DNA of 64,000 nucleotides from Gemmatimonadales bacterium (GTDB lineage Bacteria > Gemmatimonadota > Gemmatimonadetes > Gemmatimonadales > GWC2-71-9), in assembly GCA_039794085.1 (NCBI GenBank), contig JBDIWC010000017.1, positions 10,586-74,585 of the forward strand, in the 5' to 3' direction. The notes beneath the pieces are model-generated. The model searched no databases, had not been told where the DNA came from, and was given only the letters and a program-made list of their open reading frames with translations. Of the stretch, positions 50,525 to 60,849 are shown one piece after another. Every line of letters starts with the position of its first letter. Positions within the stretch are counted from its first letter, which is position 1. A program made the translations under genes and the position numbers.

Positions 50525-51730
50525 ATGACTTTCGGAACCATCGAGCAGGCCATTCAGGACATTCGCAACGGCCGCCTCGTGATCGTGGCCGACGACGAGT
50601 CGCGCGAGAACGAGGGCGATCTGGTCTGCGCCGCGGAACTGGTGACGCCGGAACTCATCAACTTCATGACGATCCACGGGCGGGGACTCATCTGTCTCAC
50701 CCTCACCGGGGAGCGGTGCGAGGAACTCGGCCTTCCTCCGATGACGGAGCGGAACACCGAGGCCCTGACCACCGATTTCACCATCAGCATCGACGCCGAT
50801 CATCGGTTCGGCGTCACCACCGGAATCTCCGCGGCCGACCGGGCGTCCACCATCCATGTGGCGATGAACCCCACCACGCGCCCCATCGACCTGCGCCGCC
50901 CGGGACACGTGTTTCCCCTCCGGGCCAGGCCGGGCGGTGTCCTGCAGCGCGTCGGACAAACCGAGGCCAGCGTCGATCTGGCACGCCTGGCGGGGCTCCA
51001 GCCCGCCGGGGTGATCTGCGAAATCCTCTCGGCCGACGGCACCATGGCCCGTCGTCCCGAGCTCTCCCGCTTGGCCGGGGAACTTGGTCTCACCTTTGTC
51101 ACCGTGGCCCAACTGGTGGCCCACCGTCTCCAGACCGAGCGCCTGGTGACCCGCGTGGCCGAGGCCCGTCTCCCGACACCGGAGGGGGTGTTCCGGGTGA
51201 TCGGGTACCGGAACCAGGTCGATGTCCATGAGCATGTCGCCCTGGTGTATGGAGACGTGGCCGGCGAGGCCGACGTGCTGGTGCGCATGCACTCGAAGTG
51301 CCTCACCGGAGATGTCTTCGGGTCCCGGCGCTGTGACTGCGGATCGCAGCTGCAGAGTGCCAAGGAGCAGATCGTCGAGGCCGGTCGCGGAGTGATCGTC
51401 TACCTCGACCAGGAAGGGCGGGGGATCGGTCTCCTCAACAAGCTGCGGGCCTATGAACTGCAGGACCACGGCGACGACACGGTCGAAGCCAACCAGACCC
51501 TGGGCTTTGCTCCCGACCTCCGCAATTACGGCATCGGGGCCCAGATTCTCCGCGATCTCGGGCTCTCCACCATCCGTCTCCTCACCAACAATCCGAAGAA
51601 AGTGGTGGGGCTCAACGCCTACGGCCTCACCATCACCGAACGGGTGCCGCTGGTGACCCAATGCACCGACGACAACCGGGATTACCTCGCCGCCAAGCGG
51701 GACAAGCTCGGCCATTTCCTGGCCCACTGA
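50525..51730 (+). CDS. ribBA: Bifunctional DHBP synthase / GTP cyclohydrolase II
   Basis: [42 protein letters not shown]. Confidence 0.96.
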   Translation: MTFGTIEQAIQDIRNGRLVIVADDESRENEGDLVCAAELVTPELINFMTIHGRGLICLTLTGERCEELGLPPMTERNTEALTTDFTISIDADHRFGVTTGISAADRASTIHVAMNPTTRPIDLRRPGHVFPLRARPGGVLQRVGQTEASVDLARLAGLQPAGVICEILSADGTMARRPELSRLAGELGLTFVTVAQLVAHRLQTERLVTRVAEARLPTPEGVFRVIGYRNQVDVHEHVALVYGDVAGEADVLVRMHSKCLTGDVFGSRRCDCGSQLQSAKEQIVEAGRGVIVYLDQEGRGIGLLNKLRAYELQDHGDDTVEANQTLGFAPDLRNYGIGAQILRDLGLSTIRLLTNNPKKVVGLNAYGLTITERVPLVTQCTDDNRDYLAAKRDKLGHFLAH

Positions 51731-51733
51731 CCG

Positions 51734-52213
51734 ATGCCCCGATATGAGGGACGCACCCGTCCCGTGGCGCGCGTGGGGATCGTGGTGAGCGGATACCATG
51801 AGATGGTCACCGGCCGCCTGCTCGACGGAGCGCTCCGCTGTTGCCGGGAGGCGGGCATCGACGAGGAATCGATCGATGTGCTCCGCGTGCCCGGGGCCTT
51901 CGAACTGGGAGTGGTTGCCGCCACCCTCCTGGAAGACGCGCGCCATCAGTGTCTGGTGGCGCTCGGCGTGGTGATCCGGGGGGAGACGCCCCACTTCGAG
52001 TATGTGGCGGGTGAAACGTCCCGGGTGCTCGCCACCCTGGCCGTGGAACGCGGAGTTCCCGTGGGGTTTGGTCTCCTCACGGTCGACACCCTCGACCAGG
52101 CGATGGCCCGCTCCGGTGGCCCCGCGGGAAACAAGGGGTATGAAGCCGCCGAGGCCGCACTCCAGACCGCCGATCTCCTCCGCCAGGTCCGCGATGCGCG
52201 CACATCGGGCTGA
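51734..52213 (+). CDS. ribH: 6,7-dimethyl-8-ribityllumazine synthase
   Basis: VPGAFEL, LGVVIRGETPHFEYV, GNKG.EAA. Confidence 0.95.
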   Translation: MPRYEGRTRPVARVGIVVSGYHEMVTGRLLDGALRCCREAGIDEESIDVLRVPGAFELGVVAATLLEDARHQCLVALGVVIRGETPHFEYVAGETSRVLATLAVERGVPVGFGLLTVDTLDQAMARSGGPAGNKGYEAAEAALQTADLLRQVRDARTSG

Positions 52214-52610
52214 GACCCGCGCCCGGGCGCGCGCCCTCCAACTGCTCTACGCCCGCGAGGCCACCGGCCGTCCGGTGGAGACGTTGCGGGGAGGGTTCTT
52301 CCGCCTCCTCCGGCCCGACCTCGCCCTGCTCGATGCCGCGGAACGTCTGGCCGCCGGGGTCGTGACCAATCTGACGGCGATCGATCGCGTCTGTACCGAG
52401 GCCTCGGATCATTGGCGGCTCGATCGCCTCGGGGTGGTGGAACGGAACATCCTCCGCCTGGGCGTGCATGAACTCCAGGCCGGCACCGTCCCCCCGCGGG
52501 TGGTGATTGACGAGGCGCTTCACCTCGCCCATCGGTTCGGAGGGCATGCCTCCGCGGCGTTTGTCAACGGGGTCCTCGACCGGGCGGCGAGGATTCTCGG
52601 GCGGCTATGA
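52194..52610 (+). CDS. nusB: Transcription antitermination factor NusB
   Basis: RARARALQLLY, W.LDRL..VERNILR, VVIDEA, FVNGVLD. Confidence 0.92.
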   Translation: MRAHRAETRARARALQLLYAREATGRPVETLRGGFFRLLRPDLALLDAAERLAAGVVTNLTAIDRVCTEASDHWRLDRLGVVERNILRLGVHELQAGTVPPRVVIDEALHLAHRFGGHASAAFVNGVLDRAARILGRL

Positions 52611-53746
52611 AGATTCTGCTCGTCAATTGGCAGGATCTCCGCAACCCCGCCGCGGGGGGAGCGGAGGTGCATCTCTTCGCCCTGTTCAGCCGCCTGGTGG
52701 CCCGAGGACATGAGGTGCGGCTGGTCTGCGCGGGCTTCCCCGGTGGCGCCCCCGAGGAAGTGGTCGAGGGCATCCGGGTTCTCCGGGTGGGAGGGAGGTG
52801 GTCGTTCGCTCTCCGGGCGTGGCGGGCCATCCGAAGGTCCCTGGCAGAGGATCCGCCGGATGTCGTGGTGGAAGACGTGAACAAGCTCCCCCTCTTCACC
52901 CCCTGGCTCACCCGCCGTCCGCTCTGCGTTCTCGTTCCCCACCTCTTTGGCGGTACCGCGTTCGCCGGCGCCTCCTGGCCGGTGGCCGCGGCGGTGTGGC
53001 TGGCCGAGCGACCGATCCCCCGGGTTTACCGGCGGGCGGCTTTTCACGTGATCAGCGAGAGCACCCGCGACGATCTGGTCCAGCGGGGGATTCCCGCGTC
53101 GCGCATTGTGGTCATCCATCCCGGCGTCGACGCCGGAGAGTACTCCCCCGACCCCGCCCTTGACCGGAGCCCCACGCCCTCCTTCTTATTTGTGGGTCGG
53201 CTCAAGCGGTACAAGGGGGCGGACCTCGCGATTCGTGCCCTGGCGCGGGCGCGGGAAACCCGGAAGGATCTGACCCTCCACGTGGCCGGTACCGGTGAGG
53301 AGCTGGATACGTTGCGCACCCTGGCGGGATCGCTGGGGGTGGGTGACGCGGTGTCCTTTCCGGGGGCCATCACCGAGGCCGAGAAGATCCGGCTCTTCCG
53401 CACCGTCTGGGGACACCTTCTCCCCAGTGCCAAGGAGGGATGGGGGATGACAGTGATCGAGGCCGCCGCGTGTGGCACCCCGTCGATCGCGTCCGACAGC
53501 CCCGGCCTGCGGGATTCGGTCCGGACCGGGATCACCGGAGTTCTCGTTCCTCACGGGGACGTGACCGCACTGGCCCGGGAGATGATGGCTCTGGCCGCTG
53601 ACCGATCCCGGGTGGATCACTGGGGAAAGGCCGCCCGGGCCCATGCGGAAACGTTGTCCTGGGACGCGGCCGCGGACCAGACCGAGGCACACCTCGCGGG
53701 GCTCGTGTCCCGGCGAGGATTCCCTTCTCACCTGCGGGAGTCGTGA
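52607..53746 (+). CDS. Glycosyltransferase family 4
   Basis: NP.AGGAEVH, FVGRLKRYKG, KEGWGMTVIEA..CGTP. Confidence 0.9.
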   Translation: MKILLVNWQDLRNPAAGGAEVHLFALFSRLVARGHEVRLVCAGFPGGAPEEVVEGIRVLRVGGRWSFALRAWRAIRRSLAEDPPDVVVEDVNKLPLFTPWLTRRPLCVLVPHLFGGTAFAGASWPVAAAVWLAERPIPRVYRRAAFHVISESTRDDLVQRGIPASRIVVIHPGVDAGEYSPDPALDRSPTPSFLFVGRLKRYKGADLAIRALARARETRKDLTLHVAGTGEELDTLRTLAGSLGVGDAVSFPGAITEAEKIRLFRTVWGHLLPSAKEGWGMTVIEAAACGTPSIASDSPGLRDSVRTGITGVLVPHGDVTALAREMMALAADRSRVDHWGKAARAHAETLSWDAAADQTEAHLAGLVSRRGFPSHLRES

Positions 53747-53795
53747 TGGCAACCCCTGTTCACACCGGCCTCCTCCTCCCGCCCGGTCTCCCCCG

Positions 53796-54761
53796 GTGAG
53801 CCTCCGGCCGCGGGATCTCCTGGAGCGGTGGCAGGAAGTGCTCCAACTTGAGTCACTCACAGGGGAGATCGCCCTGGACCGCCCCCTGCCCAACGCGGAG
53901 CTCGCCAGTCCGGGGCTGGCCCTGGCGGGCTATACCGGTCGTTTCATGCCGGAGCGGATGCATGTGCTCGGCGAGACCGAGATGAGCTATCTCGGATCCC
54001 TGGACCCCGAGGCCGCGGGCAGGGTCCTGGAAGAGTTCTTCGGCTATGACCTCTCGCTGGTGTTCGTGACCAAGGGCCAGGACGTGCCGGCCTCCATGCT
54101 CACCCTCGCGGTCGCACGGGAAATCCCGGTGTTCCGCACCCAGCTCAAGACGGCGGAGTTCTACCGCCGGATCAAGCCGGTCGCCGAGGAGGCCTTCGCG
54201 CCGCGAACCACCCTCCATGGGTCGATGGCGGACGTCTACGGCGTCGGTTTGCTCTTCGTCGGCCGGTCCGGCATCGGCAAGAGCGAGTGCGTTCTCGACC
54301 TGATCGAACGGGGCCACCGCCTCGTGGCCGACGACGTGGTCCAGGTGGCGCGCCGGGGCAACGACGTGCTCATCGCTCAGGGACACGACCTGGCGGCCCA
54401 CCACATGGAGATCCGCGGCGTCGGACTCATCGACATCCCGGCCCTTTTCGGGATCCGCGCGGTGCGGCAGCAGAAGCGTGTGGAGGTGGTGGTGCAGCTT
54501 GGGGACTGGGATTCGGCAACGGACGCCGACCGGACCGGTCTGGCGCGGGACCAGGTGGACATCCTGGGAGTGCAGGTGCCCAAGGTGTTCGTACCGCTGA
54601 ACCCGGGGAAGAACCTCACCGTCATCTCCGAGGTGGTGGCCATGAACCACCTGCTCCGGATGATGGGCATCGATGTGGCCAGTGCCTTCAACGAGCGTCT
54701 GATCCGGAAGATGAAGGAAAAGCGCGGACTCCGGCAGTATCTTCAGGAAGATTATGAATAG
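53796..54761 (+). CDS. hprK: HPr(Ser) kinase/phosphorylase
   Basis: SPGLALAG, GRSGIGKSE, HRLVADD, HHMEIRGVG; start GTG 53796 inferred. Confidence 0.94.
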   Translation: MSLRPRDLLERWQEVLQLESLTGEIALDRPLPNAELASPGLALAGYTGRFMPERMHVLGETEMSYLGSLDPEAAGRVLEEFFGYDLSLVFVTKGQDVPASMLTLAVAREIPVFRTQLKTAEFYRRIKPVAEEAFAPRTTLHGSMADVYGVGLLFVGRSGIGKSECVLDLIERGHRLVADDVVQVARRGNDVLIAQGHDLAAHHMEIRGVGLIDIPALFGIRAVRQQKRVEVVVQLGDWDSATDADRTGLARDQVDILGVQVPKVFVPLNPGKNLTVISEVVAMNHLLRMMGIDVASAFNERLIRKMKEKRGLRQYLQEDYE

Positions 54762-55140
54762 TTCCCCTCTGGTGGGGGTCGTGGTGGGACACGGAACGGT
54801 GGCGGGGGCCCTGGTGGCCGCCGCGGAGGAAATCACCGGGATCCGCGGCCTCCTGGTCTCCGTCTCCAATACCAACTGTGACCGCGTCACACTCGAGGAG
54901 CGCGTGGTCGAGGCGATCGGCGACCGGGAAGCCCTGGTGTTCGTGGACCTGCCGAGTGGATCGTGCTTCCACGCGTCGCTGCGGCGCATGCATGGACATG
55001 CCGGGATCCAGGTGGTGACCGGGGTCAATCTCGCCATGCTGCTCGAGTTTCTCTTTCACCGGGACGAGCCCCCCACCGGTGCGGCGTCGCGGGCCGTGGC
55101 CACGGGCGTCCGGGCGATCCAGGCATGCCCATCATCCTGA
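54754..55140 (+). CDS. PTS mannose-family EIIA
   Basis: GVVVGHG, VFVDLPSGS, VTGVNLAML. Confidence 0.88.
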   Translation: MNSSPLVGVVVGHGTVAGALVAAAEEITGIRGLLVSVSNTNCDRVTLEERVVEAIGDREALVFVDLPSGSCFHASLRRMHGHAGIQVVTGVNLAMLLEFLFHRDEPPTGAASRAVATGVRAIQACPSS

Positions 55141-55604
55141 ACCGGGTCGACGACCGGCTCATCCATGGGCAGGTGGTGCTCGGATGGGCCGCTCCCCTCC
55201 GGGCTACCCGCATCGTGGTGGTGGACCGGGAGGTCCGGAACAGCGGGTGGGAACAGGAACTCTACCGGATGGCCCTCCCCGAGGGCCTCGAAGTCTCCTT
55301 TGTCGATGACGCCGAAGCGGCGGTGGCCCTTCCCGGCTGGCAGGCCGATGCGGTCCGCACGATCGTGGTGACCGGTTCTCTCGCCACCATGGTCGCCCTG
55401 CATGAGGCCCATCCCGGGACCCTGGCCGAGGTGAACCTGGGGGGCATCCACGCGGGGCCGGGGCGCCGCCAGGTTCTTCCCTGGCTCTACCTGTCCCCGG
55501 ACGAGGAGGAGATGATCCGCGGCCTGGGGCGCTCCGGTGCCCATGTCACCGCCCAGGATGTTCCCGCCACCCGGGCCATCGAGGCGGAGGAACTCCCCTC
55601 ATGA
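55125..55604 (+). CDS. PTS mannose/sorbose-family EIIB
   Basis: RVDDRLIHGQV, VNLGGIH, AQDVP. Confidence 0.92.
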   Translation: MPIILNRVDDRLIHGQVVLGWAAPLRATRIVVVDREVRNSGWEQELYRMALPEGLEVSFVDDAEAAVALPGWQADAVRTIVVTGSLATMVALHEAHPGTLAEVNLGGIHAGPGRRQVLPWLYLSPDEEEMIRGLGRSGAHVTAQDVPATRAIEAEELPS

Positions 55605-56278
55605 CCGACTTCCCGGTGTGGGTGGGAGTGCTCCTCTGGGGAGGAGTCGTCGGAGTGGATCTGGTGTCGGGTCCCCAGGCGCTCCTCTCCCGGCCCCTGG
55701 TGGCGGGAACCGTCACCGGTCTGCTGCTCGGGGAACCGGGCTTGGGCCTGCAGCTCGGGGTGTTGATGGAGCTTTTTGCCCTGGACACCCTGGCGGTCGG
55801 TGCCGCGTGGTACCCCGACCTGGGAACCGCCACGGTGGTAGCCGTGGCCGCGGCGGCGTCGTGGGGGGGGGGGCCGGGTGCGGTGGGACTGGCCGGTGCG
55901 GCCGGGCTGGCGCTCGGGCACCTCGGGGGCTGGACCATGCAGTGGTTGCGGCAGGCCAACGCCAGGAGCATTCGCCGTCATCAGGGCCGGTTGCTGCGCG
56001 GCGACCCGGTCGTCCTGGGGCGAATCCAGGGGGCCGGCCTGCTGCGCGACCTGGTCCGGAGCCTTCTGCTGGTGGGGGGAGGACTGGCTCTGGTCTCCGT
56101 GGCGCCGATGCCACCGGCCTCTCTCCGGGAGGATGCGGTGCTCCGGGGTGTGGTGCTCGGGGGAGGGCTGCTCACCGCGGCTCGGGGCCTCTGGCGGACC
56201 TCGGGACGAGCTCCCCGCTGGTGGTGGTTCGCGGTCGGGCTCGGGGCCGGGATCGCGGGACTGGCGGTTCTCGCATGA
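55601..56278 (+). CDS. PTS mannose-family EIIC
   Basis: Q..LSRPLVAG...G...GL.LG..ELF...VGA..YPD; hydrophobic. Confidence 0.85.
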   Translation: MTDFPVWVGVLLWGGVVGVDLVSGPQALLSRPLVAGTVTGLLLGEPGLGLQLGVLMELFALDTLAVGAAWYPDLGTATVVAVAAAASWGGGPGAVGLAGAAGLALGHLGGWTMQWLRQANARSIRRHQGRLLRGDPVVLGRIQGAGLLRDLVRSLLLVGGGLALVSVAPMPPASLREDAVLRGVVLGGGLLTAARGLWRTSGRAPRWWWFAVGLGAGIAGLAVLA

Positions 56279-57006
56279 GTCTGTTCGCCGTGTTTCCCCG
56301 CCTGCTTGTGCTTCAGGCCTCCTGGAACCACGACGTCATGCAGGGGGTCGGAGTGGGGTTCGCCTCCTTGCCCCTGCTTCGAACCCTCGCCGACCGGGAC
56401 CAGGAGCGTTACCATCGAGCGGTGGCCCGGGCGGGCGGGTTCTTCAACGCCAATCCGAACCTGGCCGGCGTGGCGGTCGCGGCCCTGGCCCGGGCCGAGT
56501 GCGCCGAGGCCCCGGAGTCGCAGATCCAGCGGCTTCGGGTGGCTCTGGCCGGTCCCTTGGGCGCGATCGGGGATCAGCTCTTCTGGGCCGGTCTCGTGCC
56601 CGCCGCGATGGCGGTGGGGATGGTGGGGGTCGGGCTCGGGTGGGGAGGGGGGGCGGTTCTGGGGGCCGTTCTGGTGTACAATGCGATCAGAGTGGTGAGT
56701 GGCATCTGGGGGCTCCGGTTCGGGTGGAGGCACGGCCTCGGGGTCGGAAGCGCGCTTGCTGCCTCTTCGCTGGGGCAGTGGACCGCCCGCGTGGGTGCCG
56801 CGGCCGCCCTGCTGGGTGGTGCGGCGCTTTCTTTCGCGGCTCGCGGGGTGCTGGGCCCGGGGTCCGGCGTCTGGCCGCTGGCCCTCGTCCTCGTGATGGT
56901 GGGGTTGGCCATCGTGGTCCGGTCGGCATGGTGGCGGATTTCCCCGTCCATGCTCACGGTGGTGGTGGTCCTGGTGGTGACCCTCTGGCGCTGGGGGACC
57001 GTGTGA
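56275..57006 (+). CDS. PTS mannose-family EIID
   Basis: LQASWN...MQGVG, FFNANP, GPLGAIGDQLFW. Confidence 0.88.
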   Translation: MSLFAVFPRLLVLQASWNHDVMQGVGVGFASLPLLRTLADRDQERYHRAVARAGGFFNANPNLAGVAVAALARAECAEAPESQIQRLRVALAGPLGAIGDQLFWAGLVPAAMAVGMVGVGLGWGGGAVLGAVLVYNAIRVVSGIWGLRFGWRHGLGVGSALAASSLGQWTARVGAAAALLGGAALSFAARGVLGPGSGVWPLALVLVMVGLAIVVRSAWWRISPSMLTVVVVLVVTLWRWGTV

Positions 57007-57269
57007 TCGAACGACAGGTCGAAATCGTCAATTCGTTCGGGCTGCACGCCCGTCCCGCGGCCCAGTTCGTGAAGCTCGCCGGAGGCTTTGCGTCGGAGAT
57101 CTCGGTGACCAAGGGTGACATGACCATCAATGGGAAGAGCATCATGGGGGTGATGCTGCTCGAGGCGGAGTGCGGCAGCACGATCACCATCCGGGCCAGC
57201 GGGACAGACGCCGAGGCGGCGGCCGACGCCCTGGCCACTCTGGTCCGGAACGGGTTCAACGAGACGTGA
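57003..57269 (+). CDS. ptsH: Phosphocarrier HPr
   Basis: GLHARPAA (His15), GKSIMG (Ser46); GTGA overlap. Confidence 0.94.
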   Translation: MIERQVEIVNSFGLHARPAAQFVKLAGGFASEISVTKGDMTINGKSIMGVMLLEAECGSTITIRASGTDAEAAADALATLVRNGFNET

Positions 57270-59029
57270 CCGCCTCCCGCACTCTGACCGGGATCGGGGT
57301 GAGCCCCGGAGTCGCCATTGCTCCGGCTCGTATCGTTGATGCGCGCTTTCCCGACGTCCCCGATCGCAGCATCGGTGCCTCGGAGGTCGAGGGAGAACTG
57401 GCTCGGCTGCGTGCCGCCATCGACGCCGTCGTGCTGCACCTGGAGCAGTTGAGAGAGAGGGTGAGGGAGCGTGCGGGTCCGGTCGAATCAGGGATCTTCG
57501 ATGCCCAGATCCTCATGGCGAAGGATCCCGATTTCCTCGCCTCGGTCGAGTATCTGATCACCCACAACAACCTCAGCGCCGAAACCGCCTTCGAGTTCAA
57601 GGCGCTGGAAATGCGCGTGGCCTGGTCCGGTGCCGGCAATCTCCGCCTCCGGGAGCGCCTCGCCGATCTGGCCGCGGTGCAAACCCGGGTGCTGCGGCAC
57701 CTCATGGGGTGGTCGGAAGATGACCTGGTGATGGGGACGATCGCGGGGCCGGTCATCGTGGTGGCCCAGGAGATTTCGCCCGGGCTCACCGTGCAGCTCG
57801 ACCGGGAGCACCTGGTGGGCATGATCAGCGTCGAGGGGACCCGCACCTCCCACGCGGCGATCCTGGCCCATTCGCTGGGGATCCCCGCGGTCATGGGTGT
57901 GGAGGGAGCCCTCGACCGCATCACCCAGGGCGCCACCGTCATGCTCGACGGACGGGCCGGGACGGTGGTGATCGACCCGAGCCAGGATGAAGTACTCCGG
58001 ACCCGGCACCTCGTGACCCGGCGGCAGAAGCTGGAACTCACCTTCGAGGGGGTGCTCGACCAACCCTCCGTCACCCCGGACGGATGCACCATCACGCTGC
58101 AGGGAAACGTCGACTTGCCGGAGGAGATCGACCTTGCCGTGCGCCATGGCGCGGAGGGCGTGGGTCTCCTGAGGACGGAGTTTCTGGTGACGGGCAAGGC
58201 GCAACTCCCGACGGAAGAGGAGCAGGTCGCCTATTTCCGGCGGATTGCCTCGGCCTTCGCTCCCCATGCTGTGACCATCCGAACCTTCGATCTCGGGGGG
58301 GACAAGTTTCCCGCTGCCTTCGAGGCGCCCGCCGAGGCGAATCCCGCCCTCGGGTGGCGCTCGGTGCGGGTCTGTCTCGATCAGGAAGAGGTGTTCCGGC
58401 CCCAGCTCCGGGCCATCCTCCGGGCCGCCCGGGGGCGCAATCTCCGGTTCATGATTCCCCTGGTCACCAGCGTGGATGAAGTCGTCCAGACCCGGAGACT
58501 TCTCCAGGAGGAAGCCCGGTCCCTCGCCGAGGCGGGAGTGCCGGCGGCGGAGTCGGTGCCGCTCGGGGTGATGATCGAAACCCCGGCCGCCGTGCTCCTG
58601 GCCGACCACCTGGCCCGGGTCAGTGACTTCTTCAGCGTCGGCACCAACGACCTGACCCAGTATACCCTGGCCGTGGACCGGGGAAACGCCCGCCTGGCTC
58701 CCCGGTTCACCCCGCACGACCCCGCCGTGGTGCGCCAACTGGCCACCATCGAATCCGCGGCCCGGGCCGGAAACATCCCGCTCAGCGTCTGCGGCGAGAT
58801 GGCGTCCGACCCTCTCACCGCGATCCTGCTCCTCGGGCTGGGCTACCGGGTCCTGAGCGTGGCACCGCCGACCATTCTCATGCTCAAGTGGATCATCCGG
58901 GCGGTCCCGATTGCGGTGTGCCGGTCGGCCGCCCTCGCCGCCCTCGAGGTTCCGGGGGCCGCGGCGGTGGAGCAGGTCCTTGCCGAAGCGGTCTCCCCGC
59001 ACCTCGATCTCGCCCAACTGCGCCTCTGA
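57266..59029 (+). CDS. ptsI: PEP-protein phosphotransferase (enzyme I)
   Basis: GIGVSPG, TSHAAILA, GVGLLRTEF, NPALG.R, MIETP, GTNDLTQY, CGEMA. Confidence 0.95.
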   Translation: MTASRTLTGIGVSPGVAIAPARIVDARFPDVPDRSIGASEVEGELARLRAAIDAVVLHLEQLRERVRERAGPVESGIFDAQILMAKDPDFLASVEYLITHNNLSAETAFEFKALEMRVAWSGAGNLRLRERLADLAAVQTRVLRHLMGWSEDDLVMGTIAGPVIVVAQEISPGLTVQLDREHLVGMISVEGTRTSHAAILAHSLGIPAVMGVEGALDRITQGATVMLDGRAGTVVIDPSQDEVLRTRHLVTRRQKLELTFEGVLDQPSVTPDGCTITLQGNVDLPEEIDLAVRHGAEGVGLLRTEFLVTGKAQLPTEEEQVAYFRRIASAFAPHAVTIRTFDLGGDKFPAAFEAPAEANPALGWRSVRVCLDQEEVFRPQLRAILRAARGRNLRFMIPLVTSVDEVVQTRRLLQEEARSLAEAGVPAAESVPLGVMIETPAAVLLADHLARVSDFFSVGTNDLTQYTLAVDRGNARLAPRFTPHDPAVVRQLATIESAARAGNIPLSVCGEMASDPLTAILLLGLGYRVLSVAPPTILMLKWIIRAVPIAVCRSAALAALEVPGAAAVEQVLAEAVSPHLDLAQLRL

Positions 59030-59035
59030 CCGGCG

Positions 59036-59064
59036 TTGCCCCTTGTGCGGAGGGGCGCTAGCTT
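59036..59064 (+). promoter_or_regulatory. Possible sigma70 promoter of metK
   Basis: TTGCCC-N17-TAGCTT. Confidence 0.4.
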
Positions 59065-59119
59065 GCGTCCCGGTTCCGGCACCGGTGTGCCGTCCTGACA
59101 ACCTCCACTCGAAGGATCC

Positions 59120-60343
59120 ATGGCTGCCTCCGCGAATCGCCACATCTTCACCTCCGAGTCCGTGACCGAGGGCCATCCCGACAAGGTGGCGGACCAGATC
59201 TCCGATGCCGTCCTCGATGCGATCCTGACCGACGATCCGCTCGCCCGGGTGGCCTGTGAAACCCTCGTCACCACCGGCATGGCCGTGGTGGCGGGGGAAA
59301 TCACCACGACGACCTATGTCCACATCCCGGACATCGTGCGCCGGACCGTTGACGAGATCGGGTATCATGACGCCAGCTTCGGGTTCGATGCCAAAACCTG
59401 CGCCGTGCTCACCTCGATCGACCGCCAGTCCCCCGACATCGCCCAGGGGGTGAATCGCCGGAAGGGCCCCCAGGGCGCGGGGGACCAGGGGATGATGTTC
59501 GGGTATGCCACCCGGGAAACCCGGGAGCGGATGCCCCTCCCGATCATGCTGGCCCATCGGTTGGCGGAGCGGTTGGCGGCGGTCCGGAAAAGGAAGGGGG
59601 ACCTCCCCCACCACGACTGGCTGCGCCCCGACGGCAAGACCCAGGTGTCGGTCGAGTACGAGGGAGATCGCCCGGTGCGGGTCCGTACCGTCGTGCTCTC
59701 CACCCAGCACGCCGAGAAGGTGAATGGGCGGGAGCTGACCCAGAAGCGGATCGCCGGGGCGATGACGGAGGACGTCATCCGGCCGGTGCTGGAGGCCTTC
59801 GGGTTCGAGGGCGCCCGGCCGAAGATCCATGTCAACCCGACCGGCCGGTTCGTGGTGGGCGGGCCCCATGGAGACGCGGGATTGACCGGTCGCAAGATCA
59901 TCGTGGATACCTACGGTGGCATGGCACGCCATGGAGGGGGAGCCTTCAGCGGGAAGGATCCCTCGAAGGTCGACCGGTCCGCCACGTACGCGGCGCGCTG
60001 GGTGGCGAAGAACATCGTGGAGGCCAAACTGGCCACCCGGTGTGAAGTGCAGTTGGCCTATGCCATCGGAGTGGCCGACCCGGTCTCGGTGCTGGTGGAG
60101 ACCTTCGGAACCGGCGTCGTGTCGGACCGGCGCCTGGAGCAGGCGGTGCGGGCGGTGTTCGACCTGACACCTGCGGGGATTGTCGAGGCCCTGGAGCTGA
60201 CCCAGCCGATCTACCGGTCCACGGCCGCCTACGGTCACTTCGGCCGGAAGCCGGTCTCGGTCCGGCGTGGGGGCCGGATGGTCACCATGTTTTCCTGGGA
60301 ACGCACCGACCGGGTCCAGGATCTGTTGACCGCCGTCGGCTGA
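59120..60343 (+). CDS. metK: S-adenosylmethionine synthetase
   Basis: [36 protein letters not shown]. Confidence 0.97.
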   Translation: MAASANRHIFTSESVTEGHPDKVADQISDAVLDAILTDDPLARVACETLVTTGMAVVAGEITTTTYVHIPDIVRRTVDEIGYHDASFGFDAKTCAVLTSIDRQSPDIAQGVNRRKGPQGAGDQGMMFGYATRETRERMPLPIMLAHRLAERLAAVRKRKGDLPHHDWLRPDGKTQVSVEYEGDRPVRVRTVVLSTQHAEKVNGRELTQKRIAGAMTEDVIRPVLEAFGFEGARPKIHVNPTGRFVVGGPHGDAGLTGRKIIVDTYGGMARHGGGAFSGKDPSKVDRSATYAARWVAKNIVEAKLATRCEVQLAYAIGVADPVSVLVETFGTGVVSDRRLEQAVRAVFDLTPAGIVEALELTQPIYRSTAAYGHFGRKPVSVRRGGRMVTMFSWERTDRVQDLLTAVG

Positions 60344-60366
60344 GGCGGCGGGAGGAGCATCAGAGC

Positions 60367-60849
60367 ATGCTGGAGATGCGGATCGCCCACCTCGGGCTGG
60401 ATCGGGCCAGTCACTCGCCCGTGGTTATTCTCCGGGAGGTGGACGGCGAGCGGGTGCTGCCCATCCTGATCGGCACTCCGGAGGCCACGGCCATCGCGAT
60501 GGAACTTCAGGGGCATCGCCCGCCGCGTCCCCTCACCCACGATCTCCTCAAGCAGGTGTTGCGAGGCCTCGGGGGCGAGTTGTCCCGGGTGCTCATCACC
60601 GAGCTGCGGGATAGCACTTATCATGCAGCCCTCATGATCCGGCGCGGCGAGCAGGTCTTCCGGGTCGATGCCCGCCCCTCCGACAGTCTCGCCCTCGCCT
60701 TGCGCACCGGAGCACCGGTGTTCATCAATGAGTCGCTCCTGCGCGAGGGAACCGACCTGCCGGACCCCGACATTGCCGATGCCGCCGACACCCTCCGCAA
60801 GTATCTGGAAGGGCTCGATCCCCAGGATTTTGGGCGCTTCCAACCGTAG
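60367..60849 (+). CDS. Bifunctional nuclease (DUF151) family protein
   Basis: LPILIG..EA.AI, RPLTHDL, DARPSD.LALA. Confidence 0.9.
   Translation: MLEMRIAHLGLDRASHSPVVILREVDGERVLPILIGTPEATAIAMELQGHRPPRPLTHDLLKQVLRGLGGELSRVLITELRDSTYHAALMIRRGEQVFRVDARPSDSLALALRTGAPVFINESLLREGTDLPDPDIADAADTLRKYLEGLDPQDFGRFQP

Noticed and set aside
49334..51994. Very long antisense ORFs (also 57488-60238, 60235-62511, 37199-39250, 34057-36078, 4117-6123, 22486-24465)
   Set aside because: Shadow frames opposite well-supported genes, expected at high GC; no recognisable motifs.
59030..59119. SAM riboswitch upstream of metK
   Set aside because: Leader is short and I see no SAM-I or SAM-II consensus; an Rfam scan would be decisive.
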